Shown piece after piece: positions 40,749 to 55,131 of a stretch of 64,000 nucleotides of DNA (the first letter of the stretch is position 1; each line of letters opens with the position of its first letter). Origin of the DNA: Eledone cirrhosa. Its lineage: Eukaryota. The position numbers and the translations under genes were made by a program. The notes under the pieces were generated by a model, which saw only the letters and a program-made list of their open reading frames with translations, did not search any database and was not told where the DNA came from. The stretch covers positions 153,140,001-153,204,000 of the forward strand of contig OZ024742.1 of the NCBI GenBank assembly GCA_964016885.1, given 5' to 3'.

Positions 40749-41760
40749 AATTCCTTATATGATAAAAGTAATTGTTACAAGGATTGGTCAAAAGTTTGTT
40801 GTTGAGACACATAATTCTATCATGGCAATTTGTGGAAGGAAGGGGTAGCTGAACCTGCCAGTAGAAGAAAGATGCAGAGGGAGGGGAGGAAACCCAGCCG
40901 AGCGTTGATAGTGCCAACTACAGCAGGATCCTAAGGGCAGGAGGTGAAGAAAGTATACTAAGGAGGGGGAGGAGGAGGAAGTAGAAACAGTAAGTAAATC
41001 AATATGGAGTAAATATATAGAAGAATAATAAGAATGTTAAAAATATAAAAAAACAATTTCTGGTTACTATTCCCTTACCACCATCATCAAGTCTCTCACT
41101 TGTAGTGCTAAACTATAAAGAAGTTTACTAGGTGTGTTGGAATTGTAGTGAGAGAATTTTATGAGTTAGTAGTAATCAACCGAATCTATCTTACAGTGAC
41201 GGGTCAACAAGTAGGGAGCCAAAATACTAAAGAAACTACTACGAAATAATAATTCAGAGTCCCGAAAAAGGATACTAATACAAGGGTGCCGCTACGATAC
41301 AAAAATTCTAATACAAACTACATAGATCCTCGTACGATATATATGAAAAATTTGATACGGACAAATGATTCAGAATCTACCCCCCCACCCCACCCACACC
41401 CGAAAAAACAATACTGATATACGAGAATCTAAAGCAGAGAAAACACTAAGAAACGTAGAAAGCTCGGAAATAGGGCAGCCACCGCGTAAGAAAGCAAGTA
41501 TCTGGGGTCTATCACGTCTGCTATAAAAAGCGGAGTCGGCCAATTCTATCATAGAATAGGGGATGGGGTGGGGGTATTGAGGCTACAAAGGACCGAAGGG
41601 CTGCCTCAGGTTGGGCGGGAAAGTGAAAAGGACGACGACAAAGAGGGAGAACTGGGGTGGAATGAATAAGAAGGGATGGGGGAAGTAGGAAATATAGAGG
41701 AAACGATAAAAAGATATAAGAGAAAATCTTACGTCTACCTTTGCAAGCAGGGGTTACCCA

Positions 41761-43057
41761 TTACAAAGTCGGCAAGAGGGTGTTACAGCCCTTGTCTACC
41801 CCCCCCCCCCCCCCCGGGTCATTATTGAGTTTGAGGGCATGGTAGGTCCTACGCAATCTGTATTTGCATGCAGTTACCAGTTCGTCTTTCTTGTTTAGGA
41901 GTTGGTCCTTCGAAAACAGCATTTGTAAAGTTTCCTCCGAGCATAAATTGCACGGACGGCGTCCTCCCGTGTAAGAGTTGGGTCTGGACAGTAAGCTCCA
42001 AGTGAGATCATAGGTAATATTATTATCTTTGAGGTCCCAGATGTGGCCCGAAAGCGTGGTGGCGTGACGCCGGGCCGGGTTTCGGTAAGTATGACTGTGT
42101 TGGTATAGCCGGGTCTTGAAGTCACATGCGGTTAATCTTATATAAGCTTTGTTGGAGGTGTCCGTCCTCACGTTGCACTGGTAGATCACATTACGATCTC
42201 TGCATCTGTTGTCGAGGAGGCAAATGGATCCATCAGGACAGTTGCACCTCCTGGTCGGCTCTCTACTGCTATTAAGGTTATTTCTCCCATAGGGGTTGAG
42301 TTTTTTGTTGTTAGAGGAGACGATGTTTTGTGCAAAGTTAGGTGTGGTGCAGTAGGAGAGTTTGGTGGTATTTTTGTTGATTATGTTGTCGTAGCGGTGT
42401 TGTAGTGGGAAGTGCTTTTCGATGAGCCTAAAGAAGATTTTCCCGATAGGTGTTGTCACCTCGACGTTGTGGGGAAGATTAAACCATGCAACATTGCGTG
42501 AGCGGCGGTGTCGCCTGCTGGTTCCGCTAATGGAAGCTAGACCGCAGGATATTTTCTCCCGGAAGCCACTCCGCTTGAGGGCCTGGTTGTAATAAGGCGC
42601 ATGATCCTCGAATATCTGCTCATTAGCGGACAAACGAGATATGCGGAGGGAGATGTTTTTAACCAGGTTATTGGTGATGTTCTTAGGATGGTCTGACCGG
42701 CGGTGGATGTAATGCAGGTTGTCGTTGGGTTTCCTGTATGGGTATTACTGGTCATTATCGAGGTCAAGTGTGACGTCGAGGAAGTTTACTGGGGTCAGTG
42801 ACGTTTGTAGGGTTACTTTAAATCCCCAGTCGCGCAAGAAGCTGATTACTTATTTACGGACTCGGTCTGTACTACTGAGGTTGTACCCTTTAAGGCTAAG
42901 GAGCCCATCATCACGGTACAATCCTCCGCCGAATGCAGGAAACATATCGGTGAGTTTAACTAGTAATAATAATCCTATAAGATCTGTGACCTCAGCCGAA
43001 TCCGTCGCGTCCATGCTGACGTCGAAGGGTGAGTCGGGAGTTCTCTTTATCCATTCG
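41761..43057 (-). pseudogene. PLE RT C-terminal half, Cys-rich linker and GIY-YIG endonuclease; two premature TAA stops
   Basis: WIKR..FDVSM..DSAEV, GLYRDDGL, VNFLDVTLDL, YRKPND..YIH..SDHP, WFNLP..IGKIF..KHFP, CNC..C..C, VIY..YIRLT..FKTRL..H, LSGHIWDLK, CNLC. Confidence 0.9.
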
Positions 43058-43207
43058 GCTGGGTTTTCTCCCCTCCCTCTCCCTCTTTCTTCTACTTGCA
43101 GGTTCAGCTACCCCTGCCTTCCACAAATTGGCATGATAGAATTATGTGTCTCAACAACAAACTTTTGACTAATCCTTGTGACAATCACTTTTACCAAATA
43201 TGGAATT

Positions 43208-43303
43208 ACCCCCTGAGAAGCTCGGCTATTCATGTACCAGGATAAACATTTTCATTTAGTCCAGAATTAGCCCTCGAAACGGCTTGAGCTCAGCCGTCGG
43301 GGT
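43208..43303 (+). ncRNA. Second hammerhead copy in the inverted pseudo-LTR (core CUGAGAA, C3-A8 mismatch)
   Basis: acccc-CUGAGAA..GAAA-cggcu..agccg-UC^-ggggu. Confidence 0.6.
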
Positions 43304-43313
43304 CCTACTCGTT

Positions 43314-43375
<62 letters not shown>

Positions 43376-43376
43376 T

Positions 43377-43575
43377 ATTATTATTATTATGTAATAAACA
43401 ACATAAGGCAATTATTCCATTTACCAGTGGTTTCTTAAAAGCAAAAGGTTTTGCTTTCAATCCTCAGAACGGAAAAAAGCCGTTCTGAGGATTGAAAGCA
43501 AAACCTTTTGCTTTTAAGAAACCACTGGTAAATGGAATAATTGCCTTATGTTGTTTATTACATAATAATAATAAT
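43377..43575. repeat. Perfect ~200 bp fold-back palindrome next to (TA)n
   Basis: 96 bp arms around the loop aaaaaag (43473-43479). Confidence 0.93.
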
Positions 43576-43637
43576 TAAGCTCTGTTGCCTACATAGAGCA
43601 CTCTTTTTTCCTGGACTTTTCCGATGGAATTACTTCA

Positions 43638-43741
<104 letters not shown>

Positions 43742-44128
43742 GTGTGTCACTCACAAAGTTGGTAAAGGAGCAAAATACCTGTTGATAACGTGATATTCCT
43801 TGTTCGATCTTTATGCTGAATGTTTATAGTTTTAAGCAGACAGTATTATTGATTTAAGTGTCATAGAAACCCTGCATTTGGATTTTACCGTCAATTCCAC
43901 TTGCGTCCAGGTCTGTTTATATCATTTATTTTGTTTGACCTGTTTAGCTTGATTTGATTTTTGGCTTAGGTGATTAATGCCTTCTTGACCACTTTTCAGT
44001 TTGTATGGCGTTTTAACATATTGTTTAGCTCTAGTTTTCTTAACTATTGGAGCGCTTGCTAGCATTTCTACGATTTTCTGTTACGTTTCGCTTTTTCTAC
44101 CAGTCGAAATACGATTCTCGCTGAATCT

Positions 44129-44175
<47 letters not shown>

Positions 44176-44193
44176 ATATATATATATATATAT

Positions 44194-44230
<37 letters not shown>

Positions 44231-44297
44231 TAGATACACACACACTAACACACACACATATATATATATGTATGTATGTGTATATATATACATATAT

Positions 44298-44408
44298 AAC
44301 GAAGGAGTTCTGGTAAGGAACCAGATGGACCATAACGCACCAGAGTACTCAATACTTGTGGTAATAGAATGGGTAATAGGAGAAAGTATGACCCCGACGG
44401 CAGAGCTT
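44298..44408 (-). mobile_element. 3'-tail fragment of the same Naiad-type PLE family, in (TA)n
   Basis: Aligns with 40560-40670 and stops at the gagct palindrome of hammerhead stem III. Confidence 0.75.
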
Positions 44409-45322
44409 TTATATATACATATATAAACAAGCTGAAACGACTCTAATGTTGCCCCATAAATGAACCTTATGGCATATGAGCTAAAATGATATTATCTAGG
44501 GTTGTCTCTGTCCCGATATCTCATCAGATATACGTTCGTTGGGGAGAACTCATGTAAGAATACGGAAATTAGGACTGGCACATACAATTAACAAAAGGTT
44601 ATGAAAGAAATAATAAGTAAGGTTAGGTTTTACTAATACAGCATTCCATTTTGAAGTGTTTCCCAGTTTTAGAAATTCCGATCCTCGTTTCACCTGTTGT
44701 TTTAAATCGGGTAGAACGCTAATTACATGAAATGACAAAAGGTAACGTTACATTATGTACATAATTCGAACATAAATTTAAGATAACGAATTACAAATAA
44801 CTTTATTCCCACTATATCGGTTTAAATATTAAACAGATAAGCCTCCTAAAAGGTAGTTTGAATGTTTTATTGTTCTCATAAAACTAATATTTAGTTCTTC
44901 TAGATGTACGCTACTTAGCTAAAATAGGTGACTTCTTGTCCTATTAAATGTCTTATTTCGTTTCCTGTTTTATAGAACACGTCTTCATTCCGAACAGATG
45001 TAATCTATTTAAATGTTATCTTTCCCTCGAAAGATTTCTTATCGATGCATCTCTTTTCTATATAATATTTTTTGTACAATCCCCTGCTTGTTGTATTATG
45101 GAAGATATAATAGCGAGTTAGACAGATAAAGCATTATTACGGTATAGAAATATTTCATATATTGAAGGTAATTCAATATATCTTAGTGAATATTAAATAT
45201 TTCTTTTATTGTGACAGGAATCAGCACAGAAATGCCAGCATTAGCTGTTAATTTGAATGCTTCGAATTACATTTACTTTTTCTGCCTTCCACTAACACAC
45301 TCGTACACACACTCATTTGTGG

Positions 45323-45382
<60 letters not shown>

Positions 45383-45411
45383 CTTCCGTTAAGGTTTTGC
45401 ATATATATATT

Positions 45412-45458
<47 letters not shown>

Positions 45459-47129
45459 ACAAACACACACACGCACACACATACACACACACACACACAA
45501 ACACACACACAAACTCATATATATATATATATATATATAAGTGATTTTGCGTATAAGCAGCCTTTTATATTTTGGTGAATGTAAGTGGATCTCTGTGAAT
45601 ATCTGTTTTAGCTTTTATATGTTACCATTGCGTTGCATAATGAGAATTTTCGTAATCTAGTTGACTATATATGATTATTCCTGTTAAATATATGTTAATC
45701 CATCACTTGCAAATCAGCTGCTTTTAAGAATATTATTGACACATAGAAAACATACAAAGGAAGATAGAACCGTACATGAACTATTTGATATTGCAATATT
45801 GTATATAGTATGCCAGTGGGAGCGTTGTATATCTAAAACTCTAGTCTAATAAATAGAATGACATAGAACATTTCGTTTTGTTCTCATTTTCAATCACACC
45901 TTCAGATCTGGAGTAGATAAACGACATGTCACTCAAGCAATCGATTAAATTCAATTCGTTATATGTATCCCCACGTTATGTGATAGTATGTCTATATAAG
46001 TAATAAACGTTATTATCAAATTGTCTTAATATATTTCGTTGGTTAATACTGAATTTAAGTACATCTGGTCTCCATAAAATATATGCCAGTAATTTACTGG
46101 ACAGAACTTAGGTGACCAGATACTTCTCAAAGGTACCTCAGTAACAAATTATCTTTATGTTAGAATAGTTTTCATTCTTTCTCTCGAGAATACTCGTGGA
46201 CTTGCAGTAGTATCGCAAATAATTTTAACATTATTAATTTATACCAGCCAAGTAGTGGGGACGTTTCAATTGAATCTAAATACAACTTAGAATTGAATCT
46301 TCGTGCCTTAATGAGAAATAAATATCACGAAAAAGCTTCCCATGTAGAGTAAGGGAAATAGCGTTTATCCATCTGTCTGTCTTGTTATCCAGTAATACTT
46401 GTTATCGGTAATACTTCGTTGAGCAAGGATTACGATGTAGCGTTACGAATACTTCCTTGATATCATGTACCGGAAATTGACTATGTTCATTTATTCTTTA
46501 ATTGTATAGTCTTAAATCGTAGCCCTAATCATACCATATATGAGTATATATATATTTTGTCATTTGAAATCATGAACAGTATGGGGCTATAGACAGTATA
46601 CACTATTAATTGTATGTATTGACAGTGCAAACTATTACATTTGTGGGGCTGAAAGTTCTTATGTTTTCCAAATTTATTCTAATATCAATTTTGTGAAATA
46701 ACTTCTGGGAATATATTAAAATCTTTTCGAATCCTTGAATTTATGAGAGCTGACAATTTCTCTCAAAAATTGTTGCTGCCCTAGAAATATATCCAAGGTT
46801 TTAAAATCTTTCGAGAACATGATTTTGAAAAATAAATCTATGTATGACTGATTAATTACTGCAATGAAGCATTTCCCCACAAAATATGTGTGCCAAATTT
46901 TCAGAAGGCATGATGGAAGAAATTTTGTTGAAACATTCATTTTTGATTTTAATTTAAATTTTAATTTTATACACCTTTTTATTCCCTTTTTAATTAAGTT
47001 TTTTCACTGAATTTGACAAGATTGATTTTAATACATCGAAACCGGTAATTTTTCCATACAGTTTATATACTCCATAATACATTTTCAAAAAACAATTGTC
47101 CCTCTTTTTTTAATAACATTATCCTTTCA

Positions 47130-47310
47130 ATAATTGTTTCTACGTTAGGCACAAGGCCCACACTAACCCAGTGCATTGCTGGTACTTTATTTTATCGACC
47201 CCGTAAGGATGAAAGGCAAAGTTAACCTCGGCGGGATTTGAACTCAGAATGGCAAGGGTCGTAACTCTATACGTCAAAGCATGGCGTCCGACTGCCAATC
47301 CACCACACTG
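47130..47310 (-). mobile_element. tRNA-derived SINE
   Basis: B box gagttcaaatccc, core aactttgcctttcatccttacggggtcgataaaataaagtaccag, end ggccttgtgcct..aaacaattatt. Confidence 0.85.
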
Positions 47311-47401
47311 TCCTTTCAATAATGTCACTTTGACTTTGACGAATCAAAAAAGAAAAACAGACCCTTAAACATATTTCCCGTGCTATTTCCAACTTCACCT
47401 T

Positions 47402-47436
<35 letters not shown>

Positions 47437-47850
47437 TATTTCAGAAGAGTGTGTTTTTCTTTACAGGAATTTCAAACCACCAGTGTGTAGAGAATATAAG
47501 CTAATAGTGCCATAGGAAAAACGTTAAAATTAAAAGTATAAATTAAAATGAGAAACCAACCTCATACCTAGATAACACATGTAAAACTCACCAGGAGATT
47601 GTTTCGCCATTTAAGTGGGTTCCAACTCGGTCCTGTGCGTCATCACCATGTGTAGAGACCGATATTGTCCGCACTACTAGAGAGAGAGAACTAAAGTAAA
47701 CTACTTGTAGCACGTGTAGATATAAGGGAAATGCATGCGCGAGGTAGTACCCGGTGGCATGAACAGAACAAGCTGCTAGAGATGGCAGCCTATACTATTC
47801 AATTTATGGTGCTCAACAGCAGAGAGAGAGGCGCAAGGAGCAAATATCAA

Positions 47851-48034
47851 GTAAAATAACGGAGCAAAGGACTCGCGTATAATCCTGTAATTAAATGAGC
47901 TCAAAGGAAAGAGTTTTCCTGGGCACTTTAAAATACAATCTATATTTTGTATTTTAAAGTGCCCAGGAAAATCTTTTCCTTTGAGCTCATTTAATTACAG
48001 GATCACACGCGAGTCCTTTGCTCCGTTATTTTAC
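47851..48034. repeat. ~185 bp fold-back palindrome ending in (TA)n
   Basis: 88 bp arms with a few mismatches around the loop tctatatt. Confidence 0.9.
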
Positions 48035-48057
48035 TATATATATATATATATATATAA

Positions 48058-48498
<441 letters not shown>

Positions 48499-48681
48499 GA
48501 GCAAACATCACGGGCGCTCTATCTCAAAATTATTTTTGAAAAGCATTAGAAATGCGCAACCGGTAAAAACTTAAAACCAAAACTGAATACTAACCAATAC
48601 TTATTACTACTTTTTACTTATTCCTAATTAAACTATTTTTCACTGGGAACAATTTGTCAGCATTTTCTTTTCCTTTTACCA

Positions 48682-48843
<162 letters not shown>

Positions 48844-49291
48844 ATAATCATGATATGAGACGTCATCTGAGACTTCAATTGCTGCGAAAGTATTGTTGCT
48901 CTTAATCATTTCGCTCTCTAAATTTATTATTTCTTTGTAGTTTTATATTTTGATATTTCGATCAATTTCTATTTTCCTAGTATTCATACCAACGAGTGCA
49001 TTTAATGTGGAAGAATTGATATATGTGTCCGTATCTATGCATTGAAATTCTCAATTTAAATAAGTAATGTTGAAACAAATGATAATGAGCCATATTTTGT
49101 TTTCATCCGTATCTTCTATGTGACATAACGCCAGTAATAAACACCTGTAGAAATTGTTTACGTTTTCCGAAGGACGAGTCATTTCCTTTCTGATACTAAT
49201 GTTTTGATACACATTATTTTAAGCCAAAACGACATTCATTGTTCAGGCACCAACAAATTATAACATTTCAGATTCTGGAAGTGAGATTAGA

Positions 49292-49754
49292 TCAGGGTTC
49301 TCAAACATGCATCCCTCGAGCCGCATTTGGCCTGGAAATTACATTTCTAAAATTTGTAGCGGAAGATTCTTTACGTCTAATAGTTTCCTGAAGCATGGTA
49401 ATTTTGCCCTGAATTAATAGTTATAATGTAATTTATTGCCATTTCCATGTGAAATACAATACATTGGGAAAACGTATTCATCAAGTGCCAATGGAAAATC
49501 GAAAGTTTATCAGAAGTAAAAACGGAATTAAGGAAAATTTGAACCGGAGTACTCGTCCCTATACATTTTATGCCAATTTGTATATACCAAATACTATCAT
49601 ATGTGTGTTCCTGCTGATGAACAGCAATCTGCAAAATGTATGGTAGATTAACATTATACATTTTAGAAATCAGGCCCCCTCATTTCACCCTTAATCAATT
49701 TTCCTCTCCCCCACTTCATGATGGCGCTTTTAAGCCATTGACTTAGAGACTCTT
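49292..49754. mobile_element. Possible old non-autonomous hAT (Charlie-like) element
   Basis: Left end cagggttctcaaac..gagccgcatttggcc resembles hAT termini. Right end (agagactcttg) is degenerate. Confidence 0.3.
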
Positions 49755-50577
49755 GGGTTAAACTATGTTTCACTGTCGAGGTTGCAAGGGCTTGAATCAT
49801 GTCCTCTGCTGTCATCATACTTGCAAATATGTCTCATTTCTCATGGTATTCTAAATGTAATGAAATTTAATTAATCTAATTTAGGAATTAATGCTCTTGC
49901 CTTCTCAGTTTTGCATCAATCATTAGAATAATACCTTTTTTCATTCGTATTAATGCAGCGGAGATGCTTTAATAATTACTATTCTTGGGATCAATAGTGA
50001 AAGTTTGTGAGCGCCCAATTTACTATGCCATTTATATTATATTCATATCAATTCAAAACTATAAAGCAAAAAATATATTCTGTTCTGTCCCCCGGGCGGT
50101 GGCGCTGCCTGTTCACCGGGGCCATGGTGCAGCCAGTGCGTGAGCCTCCATTTGATTATAATAGTGTGAGATGTGGAGAGCGGGAGAGACGGAGGCAGTG
50201 TCAGTGGGAGTTTGGTTCCTTTGTGTTCGGACCTTGTGTATGTGTATAAATTTCACAGACACATACTCACACCTTTACAGTTACATTTTAGTTGTACCCT
50301 CTCATTTCTCTTGCTGTGAGAAGTAACTCCCTTCTAGTATCTTTAGAACTACATACATTATCTAATGTAGCACACAAATATCATATTACTTTACCTTTAC
50401 AAGGTAACTGATTTATGAAAAATGTCCTTCTAAACCTACATCAAGCTACCATGTATTTTAAGTTCCATACGAAGAAACGAATCCCCATAGAATTGAATGT
50501 ATAAAAGAGAGGTAACATCTACTAGATATATATTATCGAATTAAATCGACCATCTGCAAAACACTCATATCATGTAT

Positions 50578-50797
50578 TAGTGGCAGTATCGGTATAGCAT
50601 GGGAACACATACTTTGTGGTATATAGATACGGTCATTTACGTCCTGTGTTGAAATCGCAACGGCGTTAATTTTGCCTTTCATCCGCATGGCGTCGATGAA
50701 ATAAAGTAGCTCTAACACATTGGTGTTGATTTAATCGACTTTCCACCCACCCCGCTTTCAAATTGCTGGCCTTGAGACAAACGTTGAAACAATTATT
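50578..50797 (+). mobile_element. tRNA-derived SINE, diverged
   Basis: tggcagtatcggtatagc head, ttgcctttcatcc..gtcgat core, gctggccttg..gaaacaattatt end. Confidence 0.7.
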
Positions 50798-52804
50798 TAT
50801 TTCAAGTAAGAATATTTTCGAAACAGCGAGTGGGTTTGAAATTATTAGAAATGTAAGCTATCGCTGTATTTGGACTAAAGAAATTATAGAAATTATTTAG
50901 CCTGATAGTGGGGATAAGGACCCTCGGAGAAATGAAAAAAGATGAATATTGACGTGTTTGTTCATATAGTAAAATCAGAAGAAATAAACTTTAAAACAAA
51001 GAAATATTGTTATTGATGGCGTTCGTATTAAAAGTCCCATGAAAGATACAATCTGTAAGTAAAGACAGTGTATAGGAAATCTCGATATGGTGCTATATTT
51101 AAGAAATGTTACAAGTTTAATATTTTACCTGTCATACAACTATGTGATGGATAAAAAACAGTGCATTTTTAATACAAAATTGTTGGATTTTTATATGATT
51201 AGAATCAATAAGAAAAAGATTAAGGAGTTTTGATTATTTGCATATAGTAGCTATTGGCACTCATTGATTTTTATTCCATCATGTGAAGGTGTTGTTAACA
51301 TCAAAATTACAATAAACGTTTTAATATTAATTCATTTGTTGCAATACCTTGCTAGCGAAATAAATGCAAACTAATTTCCTGGTGATGCTTACGACAGTGG
51401 AAAAATCAAACCCACGGTTATATACTTAAAACTAGCTAGAATAGGTGATTGAAAATTAAATATCTGGACATATCACAAACCAGTGACGTTAAGGAACCGT
51501 TGATCTTTCGGCAAGTCGCCATCTGGCAACTAATGCTATATGGTCTCAATAATCCGCGATTATTCGCAAGAACGGTAATTGGTTGCTAGTTTCTTACACT
51601 TTAGACAGTAGTCAGATATGCTTGTCGGATTCTTTATAAGCTACAGCTCTATCAAAATCAACATAACTATTTCATTATTTGAAGTAGCAACGCCGTTCAG
51701 ATTCTTTAAGTTTTACTTGCTATTTTCTCTTCACCTCAGGATGAAACAGTAATACATAAGTAGTACCTTCAGACTTTTAAATAATATTTCCTTAATAAGT
51801 TAGATCGATTCTTGGACACAAACACATATATTTATAACAATATATAACAGCACGTACATAGCCTTACATGAACAAACACACATATTCATGCCCGACACAG
51901 GCATTAATAAATAATAACAATCCACTACAACTATTATGCGAAAGTATAATAGTCGATTGAAACAGCTATAACGTATTACTGATATGTAATTATGGACCGG
52001 ATTGCAATTGAACAATGAACATAACAGAACGTAAGTATATGCCTTCAAACTAGTTTAACTATTCACCTAAAATTAGTGGTTAAATCTGGGTCCTTCACTT
52101 CGCGTTTGAAGATTTCTTGAAAAATGAATGTCAAATCAACTCGGACGAGCAATATAATAATATTGGATTTTAAAGAAGCTTTTAAGATAAATACTGAAGA
52201 ACTGAGCATTATTACCATTATTTCTTGAGACGCTTTGACAGTTGTTCTACCATATTGGTGGAGAGGAGTTATTGATATCTCAAAGTATATTGAAGAAGCA
52301 AAAAGCGTTCTTTCTTCCCAGTCCTCTCCTCTTATACGATAGGTTGAGGCAAGCCCTCTAATCATAAGTAGATGTGATCTTTGGAATAATTGGCGGAATT
52401 TGCTTCAGACGACCCGAGAGAAAATAAGTAATTCCTTCCATGATCTTAGAACTAACCTTGAGATAATAAAAGATGCAATCTAAATCCTTAAATCTAAGTC
52501 TAGAAGCAATTGGGTTCTCAGCCCATACGGTCAGCTCAAATACTGCAGTTTCTAAACCACCCGACTGCAGTAAAATCAACTGCAGAGAAGCACTACACAT
52601 GTAGAGGAAATTCCCCAAAATAGACACGTTGACCCTTTGCACTAAAGCGAGTACCTTCTCCCAGGTGTCCTCCTCCAATCTCCAGCTTCGTGAATGTAGA
52701 TATATGAATGTATATATATATGACACATATAAACACGCACACACACGCTCGTATACATATGTGTGCCTGTAAATGTGCATATGTGTCTTTATAAGCACCT
52801 GTAA

Positions 52805-52850
<46 letters not shown>

Positions 52851-52915
52851 ATGTGTGTGTGAGTGTGTGTCATGGTCCCTACCCGTCACTAATGATCATG
52901 ATTTTGCACTTAGAA

Positions 52916-53424
52916 GTATTGACGTACATGGTACACGAACCTATATCTTTTGTTTGCTGTATCAATGCATTACCATTACACCAACAGGCCACCCATTCTT
53001 CTTTCCGTTCAATTAGAAGCTATATAATATGACAGTTATATAAATGTAAATAGGGAGACACAAAGTAGGCTTTGTTTACAAACGGCTAGCGAATTTGAAA
53101 ATTAGACAGTAACATGTGCTTACGCCGTATTTGACTACATATACAATCCTGCTATGGTTATATAGCTTCTAATATAATAGAAGGAAAAATGGCTGGCGTG
53201 TTGGTGTAATGGTAGCACATTCGTTCGGCAAAGCCTAGATGTGTTTTCGTGTCCCATGTACGTCAATACTCATCATTTTTTATTTTCATTCAGATGATTT
53301 TAAAAAAAACCCAACTAACGGACTAATTTTATGTAGTCAAATACGGCATAAGCATATATTACCACTTAATTTTCAAACTCGCTAGCCATTTGTAAACAAA
53401 GACTGCTTTGTGTCTCCCGATTTA
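52916..53424. repeat. Interlocked inverted repeats A-B-A'-B'
   Basis: A 52916-53029 is inverse to 53158-53270. B 53048-53141 is inverse to 53330-53424. Arms are diverged. Confidence 0.8.
53195..53265 (+). pseudogene. tRNA-like sequence (pseudo-tRNA or SINE head)
   Basis: A box tggtgtaatggtagca with D stem, acceptor-like pairing ggcgtgt/gtacgtc, degenerate B box. Anticodon arm not resolvable. Confidence 0.45.
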
Positions 53425-53638
53425 TATACATACAAACATACATATATATACAGAAATTGCCTCTACCGGACTAGACCATTTTCATTCGATGATATCCTTC
53501 GAATGAAATGGTTCTAGTCCTGTAGAAGACATTTCTATATTAAACATTTATACCTTGCTATGTATTGAGTAGCTTACTTAGTGTGCTTACCACGGGAGAC
53601 ACACACACATGTATATATATATGTGTTTATGTATACAT

Positions 53639-53713
<75 letters not shown>

Positions 53714-54280
53714 CATAGATAAGTATATATATATATGTGTGTGCGTATGTGTATCTGTGTGCGTGCGCCAGTGAACGTGTATGCGTGTGTATTTATGTGT
53801 GATTGGCATGCAATACATGCAAGTATTAGCCACTATTGATTTTCGAGTTTCTTTTCACCACTCTGTTATTTGATATATACGACAATTACACAAGAACAAT
53901 TAATACTACTGTTGCTGTATTATATTTGCTATGACATTTTCACGTTAACTCTTTACATCCCATACATTCTGATCAACATTTTGCTTCTGTTATTTACAGA
54001 AAGGAAAAAGTGTAAGGAAACAGGAAATTTATTGCAATGGTAAAAATACAGATTTCTAATGAAGAGATTCTGAGTCACTTCCGAAAGGTTTCAATACAAA
54101 TGTTACGACTGAAACTACAGTGAATGCATCAAACATGTCTTCATCATACAAACACACCCACTTGACATCCACATATTTATACCAGCATACATACATATCT
54201 ATATGCATATACACAAGTGCGTATATATGCATATAGATATGTATGTATATGCATTTGTATGCCTGTATATAGATAAATAT

Positions 54281-54355
<75 letters not shown>

Positions 54356-54977
54356 AGAGCGAGATATATATATATAGAAATATAGATAGAGAGAGAGAAA
54401 TGCACGCTCAATATTGATGTTCGCAAAAAATAAGATTTATATATGTTTTGTTGAAATATTCTGGAATTTCTTCAGTGTTTTGACAGGGTTATCAAGTTGG
54501 ATTCTCTCTCTCTCTTTCTTTCTCTCCCTAGCTCTCTCACTCTCACTCTCACTCTACCTCCACTCAATCCCATTCCGCCCTCCCTTTCTGTCTCTCTCCC
54601 TCGCTTCCTCATTCTCTCCATCCCTCCCATCCACTCCGCTCAATCCCACTCCATCTTCTTTCACTCTCCCTCTCTCAATTTATATCTATATATGCTTACA
54701 CAAATATACAAAATATATCTGTGTCAAAAAATAAACAGTGAAATTACAGTGATGTGAATGATCTTCTGTTAACTGTAATTTCATTCGCCTTTCATACATA
54801 TATTCTACGGCTTGAGATGATGGCAAGTTGATGCTAGTATAAACTCCAATAGCCGTTAATACATAGTATCACGAAACCTCATTCAGTACTAAACGCTTTA
54901 ACGTCGGCATTTATGAATAATAACTAGAAAGCACCTATTTCTATATTACATCTCCATATACATGTGTATGTACTTGC

Positions 54978-55131
<154 letters not shown>

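Larger units (their letters stand above)
40563..43317 (-). mobile_element. Penelope-like element, Naiad-type, 5'-truncated, with an inverted pseudo-LTR copy; (TA)n at both ends
   Basis: RT plus GIY-YIG ORF remnant. 40639-40872 is repeated in inverse orientation at 43084-43317. Confidence 0.9.

Noticed and set aside
41761-43057. Selenocysteine recoding, reported for some Naiad PLEs
   Set aside because: The in-frame stops seen here are TAA, not TGA, and the zinc-finger cysteines are ordinary Cys codons.
52040-52690. Minus-strand protein-like ORFs
   Set aside because: Probably a decayed transposon fragment, but no diagnostic motif allows assignment.
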